From the NCBI GenBank assembly GCA_003278685.1, contig QCDS01000002.1, positions 16,731 through 80,730 of the forward strand: a DNA stretch of 64,000 nucleotides. Direction: 5' to 3'. This document shows positions 21,225-32,866 of the stretch, piece after piece. Under the pieces are notes generated by a model, which was given only the letters and a program-made list of their open reading frames with translations, was not told where the DNA came from and ran no database searches. Each line of letters opens with the position of its first letter. Position 1 is the stretch's first letter. The DNA is from Prochlorococcus sp. AG-355-K03. Lineage in GTDB: Bacteria; Cyanobacteriota; Cyanobacteriia; PCC-6307; Cyanobiaceae. The translations under genes were made by a program, and so were the position numbers.

Positions 21225-23027
21225 ATGCGCGTGACAACCTCATTTCCTCTGGGGACACTTCGTGACACACCTTCTGAAGCTGAGATTATTTCACATCAAT
21301 TACTTTTAAAAGCTGGGTATATTCGCAGAGTTAACAGCGGTATTTATGCATACATGCCAATAATGCTTAGGGTTATTGAAAAAATATCCGCATTGATAGA
21401 GAGAGAACTTAATAGTATTGGATGTACAAAATTACTATTACCCCAACTTCATCCTGCAGATTTATGGAGAAAAAGTGAAAGGTGGGAAGGATATACCGCA
21501 GGAGAAGGAATAATGTTTAATCTCAAAGATAGACAAGGTAAAGAATTTGGTTTAGCTCCAACTCATGAAGAGGTGATCACGAGTATTGCATCAGAGACAA
21601 TCAACTCCTATAAGCAATTGCCTCAATGTTTTTATCAAATTCAGACAAAATTTAGAGATGAAATAAGGCCAAGGTTTGGATTGATGAGAAGTAGAGAATT
21701 CATAATGAAAGATGGTTATTCTTTTCATTCTTCAGAAAACGATCTGGCTTCTTTCTATGAAAAGGTAGGCAATGCTTATGAAAATATTTTTAAATCTTGT
21801 GGACTGAACACAGTAGGGGTTGAAGCTGATAGCGGAGCAATTGGTGGAGCGTCATCTAAAGAATTTATGGTCACTGCTGATGCTGGGGAAGATTCCATAT
21901 TGTTTACTCAAAGTGGTTCTTATGCTGCCAATATTGAAAAAGCTGTTTCTATACCCACTCAACCTATTCCATTAAAAGATAATATTGCAGAGTGGTTGGA
22001 AACTCCTCATCAAAAAACTATCCAAGAAGTTTGCGATAATAATAATTTAGACCCTAGTCAGATTATTAAAGTAGTAATATTCCTTGCACAGTTCGAAGGT
22101 GAATTTGAGGTCCCAATTCTTGCATGCATAAGAGGCGATCAACATATTAATGAAGTAAAGCTTTTTAACTTAATTAATAAACTTTATAATTTTAATCTCC
22201 TTAATCTCAAAAAGATTGAAGACAAAAATACTATCGAAAAAAATCTAGTTGATTTTCCTTTAGGTTTTATCGGGCCAGATTTAGATAATAAGACTATTAA
22301 AGCTAGTTCTAATTGGGATAAAAAATGGACAAGAATAATTGACCATTCTGCAACTGACCTATCAAGGTTTATAAGTGGTGGAAATAAAGTTAATTTCCAT
22401 AAAGTTTTTCAAGAATTTTCTTTTGCTTCGAAAGAATATCTAATTGAGGATATCAGGAATGCCAAAAAAGGAGATAAAGTAAGTTTTGATAATGATGAAG
22501 AACTTGAAGAAAAAAAAGGAATCGAGATTGGACATATTTTCCAGCTAGGTCAAAAATATAGTGAAAAATTAAATGCAAAGTTTTCTGATAAGGATGGTCA
22601 GTTAAAAAATTTATGGATGGGTTGTTATGGAATAGGAGTGACAAGAATAGCTCAAGCTGCTATCGAACAGAATCATGATCAAAAGGGGATTTGTTGGCCT
22701 ATCCAAATTTCTCCTTTTGAAGTAATTATTATTCCAACAAACCTAAAAGATCCAATTCAAAGAGAACTTACTGAGCAAATCTATAACAACTTTTTAGTTA
22801 ATAAAATAAATGTCCTTCTTGATGATAGAAACGATAGAGCTGGAGTAAAATTTAAAGATGCGGAATTAATTGGTATTCCTTTTCAGATAATTATTGGCAG
22901 AGATTCTGTTAATAAAGAAGTAGAACTTTTATCTAGAACAAATAATACTAAGTTTAAAATTAGTACTGATAAATTGTTGGAAACATTTATTTCCGAATCA
23001 GAAATAATGTACAATAAAAAGTCTTAA
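21225..23027 (+). CDS. proS: Proline-tRNA ligase
   Basis: PTHEE, FRDEIRPRFGLMRSREF, EIGHIFQLG, MGCYGIG; editing insertion. Confidence 0.98.
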   Translation: MRVTTSFPLGTLRDTPSEAEIISHQLLLKAGYIRRVNSGIYAYMPIMLRVIEKISALIERELNSIGCTKLLLPQLHPADLWRKSERWEGYTAGEGIMFNLKDRQGKEFGLAPTHEEVITSIASETINSYKQLPQCFYQIQTKFRDEIRPRFGLMRSREFIMKDGYSFHSSENDLASFYEKVGNAYENIFKSCGLNTVGVEADSGAIGGASSKEFMVTADAGEDSILFTQSGSYAANIEKAVSIPTQPIPLKDNIAEWLETPHQKTIQEVCDNNNLDPSQIIKVVIFLAQFEGEFEVPILACIRGDQHINEVKLFNLINKLYNFNLLNLKKIEDKNTIEKNLVDFPLGFIGPDLDNKTIKASSNWDKKWTRIIDHSATDLSRFISGGNKVNFHKVFQEFSFASKEYLIEDIRNAKKGDKVSFDNDEELEEKKGIEIGHIFQLGQKYSEKLNAKFSDKDGQLKNLWMGCYGIGVTRIAQAAIEQNHDQKGICWPIQISPFEVIIIPTNLKDPIQRELTEQIYNNFLVNKINVLLDDRNDRAGVKFKDAELIGIPFQIIIGRDSVNKEVELLSRTNNTKFKISTDKLLETFISESEIMYNKKS

Positions 23028-23053
23028 GGCTTATTTTTTTAGGGAGCTAAGTT

Positions 23054-23491
23054 ATGTTACTGAAATGGACATCAAAATTAATTTTTAAAAATCTCATCAA
23101 AGCTATATGTTTTTCAATATCCTTAATTATTGTTTTTACACTATTTAGTTCCCCTTCTATAGCTGCAAAAACCTCCATGACAGGTGACTATACAAAAGAT
23201 ACGATTTCAGTTGTTAAAACATTACAAACAGCTGTTGATACTCCAAAAGATTCTCCAAATAAAGATGAAGTAAGAAGTGAGGCTCTTACACTTATAACTG
23301 ACTATATTTCCAGATACAGAAATAGAGGGATGGTGAATAAAACACAATCATTTACCACCATGCAAACAGCATTAAATGCTATGGCAGGTCATTACAAAAA
23401 CTTTGCAAGTAGACCTTTACCAGATAAGCTTAAGGAGCGTTTAACCAAAGAATTTTCTCTTGCTGAAAAAATGGTTCTAAGAGAAAGTTGA
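23054..23491 (+). CDS. psb27: Photosystem II assembly protein Psb27
   Basis: MTGDYTKDT, YISRYR, SFTTMQTALNAMAGHY. Confidence 0.93.
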   Translation: MLLKWTSKLIFKNLIKAICFSISLIIVFTLFSSPSIAAKTSMTGDYTKDTISVVKTLQTAVDTPKDSPNKDEVRSEALTLITDYISRYRNRGMVNKTQSFTTMQTALNAMAGHYKNFASRPLPDKLKERLTKEFSLAEKMVLRES

Positions 23492-23518
23492 TACAATTCA
23501 TTTACTTTTTAAAAGTAA

Positions 23519-24883
<1,365 letters not shown>

Positions 24884-24898
24884 TTTAATTCCAAATTA

Positions 24899-25903
24899 AT
24901 GAAGGAATCCTTTAGACATTTTGAACATAATAAAACGGTTGATCTCATTGGCCTGGGCAATGCAATAGTAGATATTATTGTAAATATTGAAGATGAGTTT
25001 CTTGAGATTAATAATCTGGATAAAGGATCAATGAATCTAATTAATTCTGATCAATCCCAGACATTGTTAGAAAAATGCAAAGTGATCAAACAAATATCAG
25101 GGGGATCCTCAGCAAATACCGTTGTTTGTTTGGCAGAATTAGATAATCATGTTCAGTTTATTGGAAGGGTGAAAAATGATCAATTTGGAAATTTCTTTTC
25201 TGAAGATATTAAACAAAGTAAAACTATATTTAATACTCCACCAACTATTAAAGGTGCTTCAACAGCTCATTCAATCATTTTGATTACACCTGATGCACAA
25301 AGAACTATGTGCACTTACCTAGGAGCATCTATAGAGTTTGAAACAGAAGACATTGACTTTAGTGTAATCAAGGAAAGTAAATACCTATATTTAGAGGGGT
25401 ATTTATGGGACAGCGAATTAGCTAAAAAAGCTTTTATTAAAGCCGCCCAAATTGCAAAACAATCTAATACGAAAATAATCCTTTCATTGTCTGATTCATT
25501 TTGTGTAGATAGACATCGTCAGAGTTTCTTGGAATTAATTGATGAATATGTAGATATTGTTTTTTGTAATGAATCTGAGGTATTAAGTCTATTTAAAAAT
25601 GATAAATTAGCAAGTTGCCAAGAAGACCTATATTCCTTATGTGAATTAGTCATAGTAACTCTTGGAAGCAATGGTTCTCTCATAGTTAACAACAATAATG
25701 TTGAAATAATTGAGTCAATAACGAAAGGTAAGATTATTGATACTACAGGGGCGGGAGATATCTATGCGGGAGGATTTATCCATGGATTAATAAACAATTG
25801 TTCCCTCAAAAAATGCGGAGAGATAGCTTCAATTTGTGCAGGACAAATAATTACGCAATTAGGATCAAGATCAGATATTAATCTTAAAGAGTTAATAAAA
25901 TAA
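24899..25903 (+). CDS. PfkB-family sugar/adenosine kinase
   Basis: GGSSANT, RTMCTYLGA, DTTGAGD. Confidence 0.9.
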   Translation: MKESFRHFEHNKTVDLIGLGNAIVDIIVNIEDEFLEINNLDKGSMNLINSDQSQTLLEKCKVIKQISGGSSANTVVCLAELDNHVQFIGRVKNDQFGNFFSEDIKQSKTIFNTPPTIKGASTAHSIILITPDAQRTMCTYLGASIEFETEDIDFSVIKESKYLYLEGYLWDSELAKKAFIKAAQIAKQSNTKIILSLSDSFCVDRHRQSFLELIDEYVDIVFCNESEVLSLFKNDKLASCQEDLYSLCELVIVTLGSNGSLIVNNNNVEIIESITKGKIIDTTGAGDIYAGGFIHGLINNCSLKKCGEIASICAGQIITQLGSRSDINLKELIK

Positions 25904-25909
25904 ATTTAA

Positions 25910-26218
25910 TCAAATAGTTTTATTTAACCAATCATAATATTTCACCTCAGAATGATATTTTTTGTAAATAATTTGAGGGACATCATATGTGGACTTTTTA
26001 TTTAAGAATTCAATTAAATTATCTTTTAATTCAAGTTTACTTTTTAAAGTGATTTCAAACTCTTTAGTTTCTTCAATATCATCATCCCACTTATAAATTG
26101 AAAAAATTTGTTTTATCGAAACACAAGCTGCAAGTTTATTTTGTATTAATAATTTAGCCATTCGCAAAGCATTTTCTTTACTTGATTCAGTTGTGATCAT
26201 AACTAATAATTCCATCAT
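25910..26218 (-). CDS. cutA: Divalent-cation tolerance protein CutA
   Basis: KLAACV, SIYKW, YDVPQI, YYDWL. Confidence 0.9.
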   Translation of the reverse strand: MMELLVMITTESSKENALRMAKLLIQNKLAACVSIKQIFSIYKWDDDIEETKEFEITLKSKLELKDNLIEFLNKKSTYDVPQIIYKKYHSEVKYYDWLNKTI

Positions 26219-26228
26219 GAATTAAACA

Positions 26229-27026
26229 TCAATATTTTTTAATTATGTAATTTATCAAATTGTGATATTGATCAAAAGAGTGAGAATAATCATTTTTAAC
26301 TTTCGGCCTTTTAACCAAAAATAACTTCATTTTACTTCCCGAAACTATACTCTCCCAGTTTTTCTGAGAGTAACTTCCAGATTCTCTGCATAGAACATAA
26401 TCTATCTCCCAAAAATCACAAAGTTTTTTTTCTAGAATGCTTTTTTTATTTTTACTCGGTTCAAGTATCGCTATATTTGCATTTTTAATACATGATCCAA
26501 AAGCTTTAGTTATACTCTCATAAGTCGGAAGTACCCTCGTAAATACATTTGCTTTGCAATTCATATAATAATTAGCTGTATCGTTAAGAAATCTTGATCC
26601 TATTGCCAGAAGAATATTCTTATTTTCTATATCAACGTTATTTATATCTTTTAAATCATCAATATAAAAAAAATTATCAGTGTTATTTATTAGAGATTTT
26701 CTTTCCAATAGTAAGAGAGGTATATTAATCTCTTTACATGCATTATTAAGATTTTTAGAAATTATTACGGCAAACGGATGAGTAGCATCGACAACGCATT
26801 TGATTTTATTTCTATTTATGAAATTAATTATTTGAGCTTTATTATCTAATTTACCCGTAATGATATGTAACTTTGGATTTTCAATATAAGCTTGCCCTGC
26901 TTTATAAGTTAAAACACTTGCAAAGACTGAATAATTAAGTTCAAGAAGCCTATTAGCTATTACAGGACCATCCGAAGTTCCTGATAGGATCCAAACATTT
27001 TTATAGCAATTTTCTTGATTCTGCAT
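26229..27026 (-). CDS. cobK: Precorrin-6A/cobalt-precorrin-6A reductase
   Basis: ILSGTSDG, VVDATHPFA..IS, RVLP, RESG, VKRP. Confidence 0.9.
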   Translation of the reverse strand: MQNQENCYKNVWILSGTSDGPVIANRLLELNYSVFASVLTYKAGQAYIENPKLHIITGKLDNKAQIINFINRNKIKCVVDATHPFAVIISKNLNNACKEINIPLLLLERKSLINNTDNFFYIDDLKDINNVDIENKNILLAIGSRFLNDTANYYMNCKANVFTRVLPTYESITKAFGSCIKNANIAILEPSKNKKSILEKKLCDFWEIDYVLCRESGSYSQKNWESIVSGSKMKLFLVKRPKVKNDYSHSFDQYHNLINYIIKKY

Positions 27027-27054
27027 CAGTATGTCTTTAATTAAATAGTAAGTA

Positions 27055-27480
27055 ATGAATCATTGTTTAATTCAGGCGGTAATTAACAGCGCTCCCCAAA
27101 TGAGGTATACCAAAGAAAATCAAACTCCAATTGCAGAAATGATTGTTAATTTTAAAGGATTACGGAGTGAAGATCCAACCAGAGATCTCAAGATCATAGG
27201 ATGGGGAAATATTGCCCAAGAAATGGTAGATGAACTAAAGGAAGGGCAAAATATTGTTATTGAGGGACGTCTAAAGATGAATTCTGTCACTAGAAAAGAC
27301 GGAACAAAAGAAAAGCAACCTGAACTAACAGCTTCAAAGATTCATCAAATATCGCTAGTTGATGTTATGAAGTCTGATCAAAAAGAAAATAATGAGTCAT
27401 TTAAAAAAGAAGAAACCGCCAAAAAATCTAGTTGGGATAGTTCACCTCTAGTACCTGAAGTTGACGAAATACCTTTTTAA
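27055..27480 (+). CDS. Single-stranded DNA-binding protein (divergent SSB)
   Basis: OB fold PQMRYT, WG..A, IEGRL; acidic tail DEIPF. Confidence 0.85.
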   Translation: MNHCLIQAVINSAPQMRYTKENQTPIAEMIVNFKGLRSEDPTRDLKIIGWGNIAQEMVDELKEGQNIVIEGRLKMNSVTRKDGTKEKQPELTASKIHQISLVDVMKSDQKENNESFKKEETAKKSSWDSSPLVPEVDEIPF

Positions 27481-27481
27481 A

Positions 27482-27685
27482 TCAAATATCAACATTATTT
27501 TCTTGAACACTTATAATTAGTTTGCTTATTTTTCTTTCAAGCGCAGCAAGTTCGTTTCTGATTTCTGGCCATTTACCAATATCGAGATTTTTTAGTAACC
27601 ATGCTCTATCTTGATCAAGTTTAAAAATTAAATCTCCTTGATTTGTAGTATTAGGATCTTGCATAATACTTGTTAGCACATTCAA
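27482..27685 (-). CDS. Small helical hypothetical protein
   Basis: ORF fills gap; LDQDRAWLL...GKWPE.R.ELAALER; start uncertain (ATG of MQDP possible). Confidence 0.65.
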   Translation of the reverse strand: MNVLTSIMQDPNTTNQGDLIFKLDQDRAWLLKNLDIGKWPEIRNELAALERKISKLIISVQENNVDI

Positions 27686-27706
27686 AACTCATTCTACATA
27701 ATCAAA

Positions 27707-28237
27707 ATGAAGAAATACTTATCGCCTGGAAATTTAATCGTAACCGCTGGGGGTATATTAGCTTTTGTTGGAATGACTGCTTATTTTACAGACTCAGTGA
27801 ATTTAAGTGTACCTACTTTTTTTTATGGAGTACCTATTTTTCTAATTGGATTAGGCTTAAAGACTTCCGAAATACCTCCTGTAGAGTTGTTTGACAAGAC
27901 AAATTTTGCGACAAATAAATTTAATAGACCAAAAGAATTAACTGCACTAGTTAAAGATGTTACAAGATGGAGGTATGGGATAAAAGCTCATCTTGAATCG
28001 TCATTAGAATCTTTAAATTTATGGGACGAGGATAACCCCCCTCAATTAAAAGAAATAGAAGAAATTACAAAGGAAGACAAAAATGGTCTCAGAATGCGTT
28101 TCGAATTAAACGCAGTCCCTCTTGAAAAATGGATTGAAAAACAAGAAAGATTAAATAGGTTTTTCGTCAAAGGTCTTGAATCAGAATTTATTATCGACGA
28201 TAATAAAAATGAATTTGATTTTATTCTCTTTTATTGA
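27707..28237 (+). CDS. DUF2854-like conserved cyanobacterial membrane protein
   Basis: Two TM, FFYGVPIFLIGLGLK.SE, DVTRWRYG..AHL. Confidence 0.75.
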   Translation: MKKYLSPGNLIVTAGGILAFVGMTAYFTDSVNLSVPTFFYGVPIFLIGLGLKTSEIPPVELFDKTNFATNKFNRPKELTALVKDVTRWRYGIKAHLESSLESLNLWDEDNPPQLKEIEEITKEDKNGLRMRFELNAVPLEKWIEKQERLNRFFVKGLESEFIIDDNKNEFDFILFY

Positions 28238-28301
28238 ATAAAGGGATATATTTGTAAAAACCTAATTTCTCAATTCAATCAAGTTTTAATGATTTTTAAT
28301 A

Positions 28302-29153
28302 ATGAATGATTCTCAAAGAGTATCAATATTAAGCGAAGCACTTCCTTATATACAAAGTTTCTCAGGTAGAAAAATTGTTATAAAGTATGGTGGTTCTGTA
28401 ATGGAAGAAGATAATTTAAAAAACGCTTTTTTTAGAGACATAGCACTCTTATCAACCGTGGGTGTTTGTCCGATAGTAATTCATGGAGGCGGTCCCGAGA
28501 TTAATAATTGGTTAAGAAAATTAGAAATATCTCCAAAATTTGAAAATGGATTAAGAATTACTGATCAAAAAACAATGGAAATTGTCGAGATGGTTCTAAT
28601 GGGTAGAGTTAATAAACAAATCGTAAAAGGCATTAATAAAACTGGATCCTTAGCTGTGGGAATATCAGGTCTTGATGGCAATTTAATTCAATCTAGAGAA
28701 TTAGGAGATGGGAGCCATGGGTTAGTGGGAGAAGTCACAAAAATTAATCCTGAAATATTAGATCCTCTTATTTCTAAAGGATATATCCCGATAATTTCTA
28801 GTATTGGATCAACTATTGAGGGTATTTCCCATAACATTAATGCAGATTTTGTCGCTGGAGAAATTGCTGCTGCAATAAATGCGGAAAAACTTATTCTTCT
28901 TACAGATACGCAAGGGATTTTAAAAGAAAAAGATAACAAAAATAGTCTTGTTGAAAAAACGAATCTCAAAGAGGCAAGAGATTTTATTGATAAAAAAATT
29001 GTGACTGAAGGTATGATTCCAAAGACAGAATGTTGCATAAGAGCTTTAGCACAAGGAGTCAAAGCAGCCCACATAATTGATGGAAGAATAGAGCATTCAT
29101 TACTTCTTGAGATTTTTACAAATTCCGGAATAGGTACAATGATAGTCGCCTAA
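28302..29153 (+). CDS. argB: Acetylglutamate kinase
   Basis: [30 protein letters not shown]. Confidence 0.97.
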   Translation: MNDSQRVSILSEALPYIQSFSGRKIVIKYGGSVMEEDNLKNAFFRDIALLSTVGVCPIVIHGGGPEINNWLRKLEISPKFENGLRITDQKTMEIVEMVLMGRVNKQIVKGINKTGSLAVGISGLDGNLIQSRELGDGSHGLVGEVTKINPEILDPLISKGYIPIISSIGSTIEGISHNINADFVAGEIAAAINAEKLILLTDTQGILKEKDNKNSLVEKTNLKEARDFIDKKIVTEGMIPKTECCIRALAQGVKAAHIIDGRIEHSLLLEIFTNSGIGTMIVA

Positions 29154-29156
29154 CCT

Positions 29157-30266
29157 ATGAAAACTTATGAGCAAGTTTTAGAAACAGTAGAACTTGCTTT
29201 AGCTAAAGGTGAGTATCTTTTTTGTATTGAATTTCTTTTGCCTCTGATCGAATCATTCCCTTTGTCAAGTAAACAGGGAGTAAATTTAAGAACAATCTTA
29301 ATTACTGCACTTTGTGGTATCAACAAAAAGGAGGAGGCCAAAAGATTTTGTAAAGAACTTCTAAAATCTTACGATAATAAGACGAGAGAAAATGCAAAAT
29401 ATTTAATGGAAGTTATAGATTCTCCTGACATTAAAAAACCAGAAAATTGGAACCTACAGTTTGAAAGCGACCCATCGCTAACTAAAAAATCTCTCAACTC
29501 ACTGCGCAAAAAAAGAGAAGTATTGGAGAAAAAAAAATTTATTAATGTAACTGAGACACCAACTGGTGAAACAAAACCCTTTCGGAGAGGCTTTTCACTA
29601 ATCATTTTTTTAATACTCTTATTATTAATTCCACTTTTAAGTGGCTGCGTTAAAGTTGAAGATACTCTTGACCTTAGTGAACTTGACTCAATAACCAATA
29701 ATTTAGTGATAGAGAGTAAATACATAAATAAATTTCCTTGGCAATTAAAATTTGAAAAGGAAATGAAAGATGTTTTTCCTGACGCAGTAATTGAACAAGG
29801 CGAATCAACCTTTTCTTTGAAACATAAAAATCTCAATCTAGAAAATACAAAGCAAGTTCTTAAAATCACACAAAATACCGCCGGGGAGTTAGCGGGAGGA
29901 TTAACAAATATAGAAATTAATGCTATTCAGAAAAACTTCATTTTTTTTAAAAAATATTTTTATAGGTTAGATTTGGACCTAAATTCTATTAAAGGTTTTG
30001 ATAATTTAGAACTCATTTTTAAAATTATCAATCCTAATAAAGCTAGTATTACTGATAAAAATAATACAAATATAGAAGTCAAGAAAAATCTTATAATTTG
30101 GAATTTAAATCAAGGGCAGACAAATAGTCTTGAATTTTCTTTCTGGAGCTTCAACAAACTTTTAATTGGAATATCTATTATTTTATTAATTACGGTATTA
30201 GCTTATTTATTAAGATTTTATAGATTTAAGTTAGGTACAGATTTGCCTCAACTTCCATCAAAGTAA
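29157..30266 (+). CDS. Conserved membrane protein (TPR-like N-terminus, DUF3153-like)
   Basis: Helical N-terminus, internal TM ending LLSGCV, C-terminal TM. Confidence 0.65.
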   Translation: MKTYEQVLETVELALAKGEYLFCIEFLLPLIESFPLSSKQGVNLRTILITALCGINKKEEAKRFCKELLKSYDNKTRENAKYLMEVIDSPDIKKPENWNLQFESDPSLTKKSLNSLRKKREVLEKKKFINVTETPTGETKPFRRGFSLIIFLILLLLIPLLSGCVKVEDTLDLSELDSITNNLVIESKYINKFPWQLKFEKEMKDVFPDAVIEQGESTFSLKHKNLNLENTKQVLKITQNTAGELAGGLTNIEINAIQKNFIFFKKYFYRLDLDLNSIKGFDNLELIFKIINPNKASITDKNNTNIEVKKNLIIWNLNQGQTNSLEFSFWSFNKLLIGISIILLITVLAYLLRFYRFKLGTDLPQLPSK

Positions 30267-32543
30267 TTACAACTCTGCTGGATTAACATCAATTGTTAAA
30301 AAAACATTTTTTGGAATAAGTTTCCATAATATTGATCTATCAGGTAAAGGTATCTCTGTTCCTTCAGGCCCATGAATTAATATCTGCCATCTAAATTTTT
30401 TACCTACTTTAGCAATTAAACTAGGAGCAGGACCAATTAATTTCCAGTTCTTTTTCTCACAAAAATCGTGTAGATATTTTGCTAATTTTAAAGAAATTGA
30501 TTCAGTTAATTCATAATTTTCACCTGATAATTTAAGAAGGCAAATCGTGCAAAATGGAAATAAATTAGCATCTTTTCTTAATCTAGAGTTTTCAACTAAG
30601 AATCTTTCATAATCTCTTTTCTGAAGATACGAAATTACCGGGTGGTTTGGTTTATATGTTTGAAAAATTACTTTTCCTTTTTTTTGAGCCCTGCCTGCCC
30701 TGCCTGCTAATTGTAAAAATAATTGCAATGATTTTTCTTCTGCCGAAATATCTGGGCGATGAAGCAACCCATCTGCTGCAATAACTACTGAAAGAGTAAT
30801 ATTAGGAATGTCAATCCCTTTTGCCAACATTTGAGTCCCTACAAGAATATCAGCATCTCCTTTAGAAAACTTTGAAAGAATATCTCTATGCCCATCCTTT
30901 CCTGATGTTGTATCTCGATCAAAGCGAAGTACTCTTAAGTCAGGAAACTCTTCATTTAAAAACTCTATTACCCTTTGTGTCCCTATTCCAAAAGGTTTAA
31001 AGGCAGTTGAATGACAATCTGGACAACGATAGATCAATCTAGATTTATGATCACACCAATGACAACTTAACCATTTTTTCCCTTTTGAACCCAGATGCAC
31101 TGATAAAGGAACGTCACAGTTGGGGCAATTTATTAAATATCCGCAGTTTCTGCAACTTAAAAAACCACTATGTCCCCTCCTAGGGATCAAAATTATTGCC
31201 TGCTCATTTTTTAAGCGGAGTTTAGGAAGCAAATGTAATAATTCATTGGAAAAAATTTTCATATTTCCCTTCTTGAACTCATCACGCATATCAATAATTC
31301 TTATTTCAGGAATCTTATTACTGGATATCCTTTGAGTCATTCTTACCAATTTAAAATCCTTTTCAAAAATACACTTTTTCCAAGTCTTCATAGATGGGGT
31401 TGCACTCCCAAAAATTAACTTGGCAGAATTCCTTTTTGCTATTTCAATAGCAATCTCTCTTGCGTCATAACAAGGCATAGGACTATCTTGTTTATATGAA
31501 ACATCATGTTCTTCATCCATTATTATTAACCCTAGATTTTTGATGGGAAGAAAGACTGCAGACCTCGTTCCTATTACTATTAAAGGCTCATTAGCATTAA
31601 TAATTTTATTCCAAACTATAGTTCTATGACTGGAAGAACAGTTACTATGATATTCGTAAACAACATTATTAAATCGCATACTAAACCTATCAATAAGTTG
31701 AGGAATAAGTGCAATTTCTGGGGCGAGAATCAAACAACTTTTTTTCTTAAGAAATTGATCTTCAGTAATTCTCATGTAAACTTCTGTTTTACCTGAACCT
31801 GTTTCTCCCCATAGAAGTAACGCATCGCCAGGTTTCATTTTTTGAAATTCTTGAAATGCAATTTTTTGCTCATTTGAAGGATTTGGTTTTTTCGTTGCAA
31901 TATGATCATTTAAAAAGGAATTTGATTTAGTATTTATACTTTTTTTTCTCTTAGATTTAACAAGGTAATTTTTACTGACCATTGAGTTAATCAAAGAATA
32001 ATTAAAACCAGACTTTATTAATACACTTTGCCAATTACCTTTTTCAGGCAAAGTATTAATTAAAAAAAATTCTTTTTTGGTTAATCCATATTTCTTAACA
32101 TCAAATTCTTTTTTAGTTTCAATCCATATTTGATCTTTTAAACCTTGAGAAATTTTCTTATTTTTACCAATCCAGCCAGGAGGAAATGCAGTTTTAAACA
32201 TTTTTAAGTTACTAACCATATAAAAAGAGGCTAGGGACTCCATCAATTTTCTCCAAGAGTCATCAATTATTTTTTTCTGCAAAATACTTTCAACAAATAA
32301 ATAGCTTATACTTTTTCCTCCAGTAAAATTTGATTCATCTTTATTAATTTCCGAAAAGTTTTTTTTGGAGATCACCAACCCATTCAATAGTCTCCCTCTT
32401 AGTCTCACACTTACAATATCCCCAACTTCTGCCCCAAGATTATTTCCATCTAAATAGTAAAAGCTTTCATTAATACTACCTATATCAAGCAAAATTTCCA
32501 ATTTGTAGGAGATATTTAATAAATGATTACTTGCCGGCTTCAA
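30267..32543 (-). CDS. priA: Primosomal protein N' (replication restart helicase)
   Basis: GETGSGKTEVY, DEEH, SATPS, 4x CxxC, QLAGRAGR. Confidence 0.97.
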   Translation of the reverse strand: MKPASNHLLNISYKLEILLDIGSINESFYYLDGNNLGAEVGDIVSVRLRGRLLNGLVISKKNFSEINKDESNFTGGKSISYLFVESILQKKIIDDSWRKLMESLASFYMVSNLKMFKTAFPPGWIGKNKKISQGLKDQIWIETKKEFDVKKYGLTKKEFFLINTLPEKGNWQSVLIKSGFNYSLINSMVSKNYLVKSKRKKSINTKSNSFLNDHIATKKPNPSNEQKIAFQEFQKMKPGDALLLWGETGSGKTEVYMRITEDQFLKKKSCLILAPEIALIPQLIDRFSMRFNNVVYEYHSNCSSSHRTIVWNKIINANEPLIVIGTRSAVFLPIKNLGLIIMDEEHDVSYKQDSPMPCYDAREIAIEIAKRNSAKLIFGSATPSMKTWKKCIFEKDFKLVRMTQRISSNKIPEIRIIDMRDEFKKGNMKIFSNELLHLLPKLRLKNEQAIILIPRRGHSGFLSCRNCGYLINCPNCDVPLSVHLGSKGKKWLSCHWCDHKSRLIYRCPDCHSTAFKPFGIGTQRVIEFLNEEFPDLRVLRFDRDTTSGKDGHRDILSKFSKGDADILVGTQMLAKGIDIPNITLSVVIAADGLLHRPDISAEEKSLQLFLQLAGRAGRAQKKGKVIFQTYKPNHPVISYLQKRDYERFLVENSRLRKDANLFPFCTICLLKLSGENYELTESISLKLAKYLHDFCEKKNWKLIGPAPSLIAKVGKKFRWQILIHGPEGTEIPLPDRSILWKLIPKNVFLTIDVNPAEL

Positions 32544-32611
32544 AACTTTTTCTTAGTATTGGATTGTTGAACATTCCACAAAGTGTTTTTTGCACATTGT
32601 AAGTATCCTGC

Positions 32612-32698
32612 TCTTAAGGGAGACATGAAGCTTTGATCATTGACTGAAAATTCAAAAAATGATCCGCCTGTCTGAGAAATCCCAAGACTTTTTACTTT
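32612..32698 (+). promoter_or_regulatory. Putative structured RNA leader upstream of rpoD
   Basis: Nested complementarity TCTT..GGGA/TCCCAAGA, GACA/TGTC, GATCATT/AATGATC followed by T-rich run. Confidence 0.45.
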
Positions 32699-32866
32699 AG
32701 GTAATCTATAGCACTATTTAAATTTTTCAACAGTTTAAAAAAACTTTTTTATTCAAATTCCTGAAAAGTTCTTTTACAAATTAACAGGGAAATTTACTAC
32801 TAAATGTACAAATTAGCCCTAAATAAAATTTAATCTAGTTAAATTCACCGTAGAAAGGAGTAAATC

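Noticed and set aside
27670-27894. Same-strand alternative-frame ORFs (also 33465-33677, 54506-54754, 62708-62899)
   Set aside because: Nested in or largely overlapping established CDS; no SD, slippery site or motif supporting frameshifted products.
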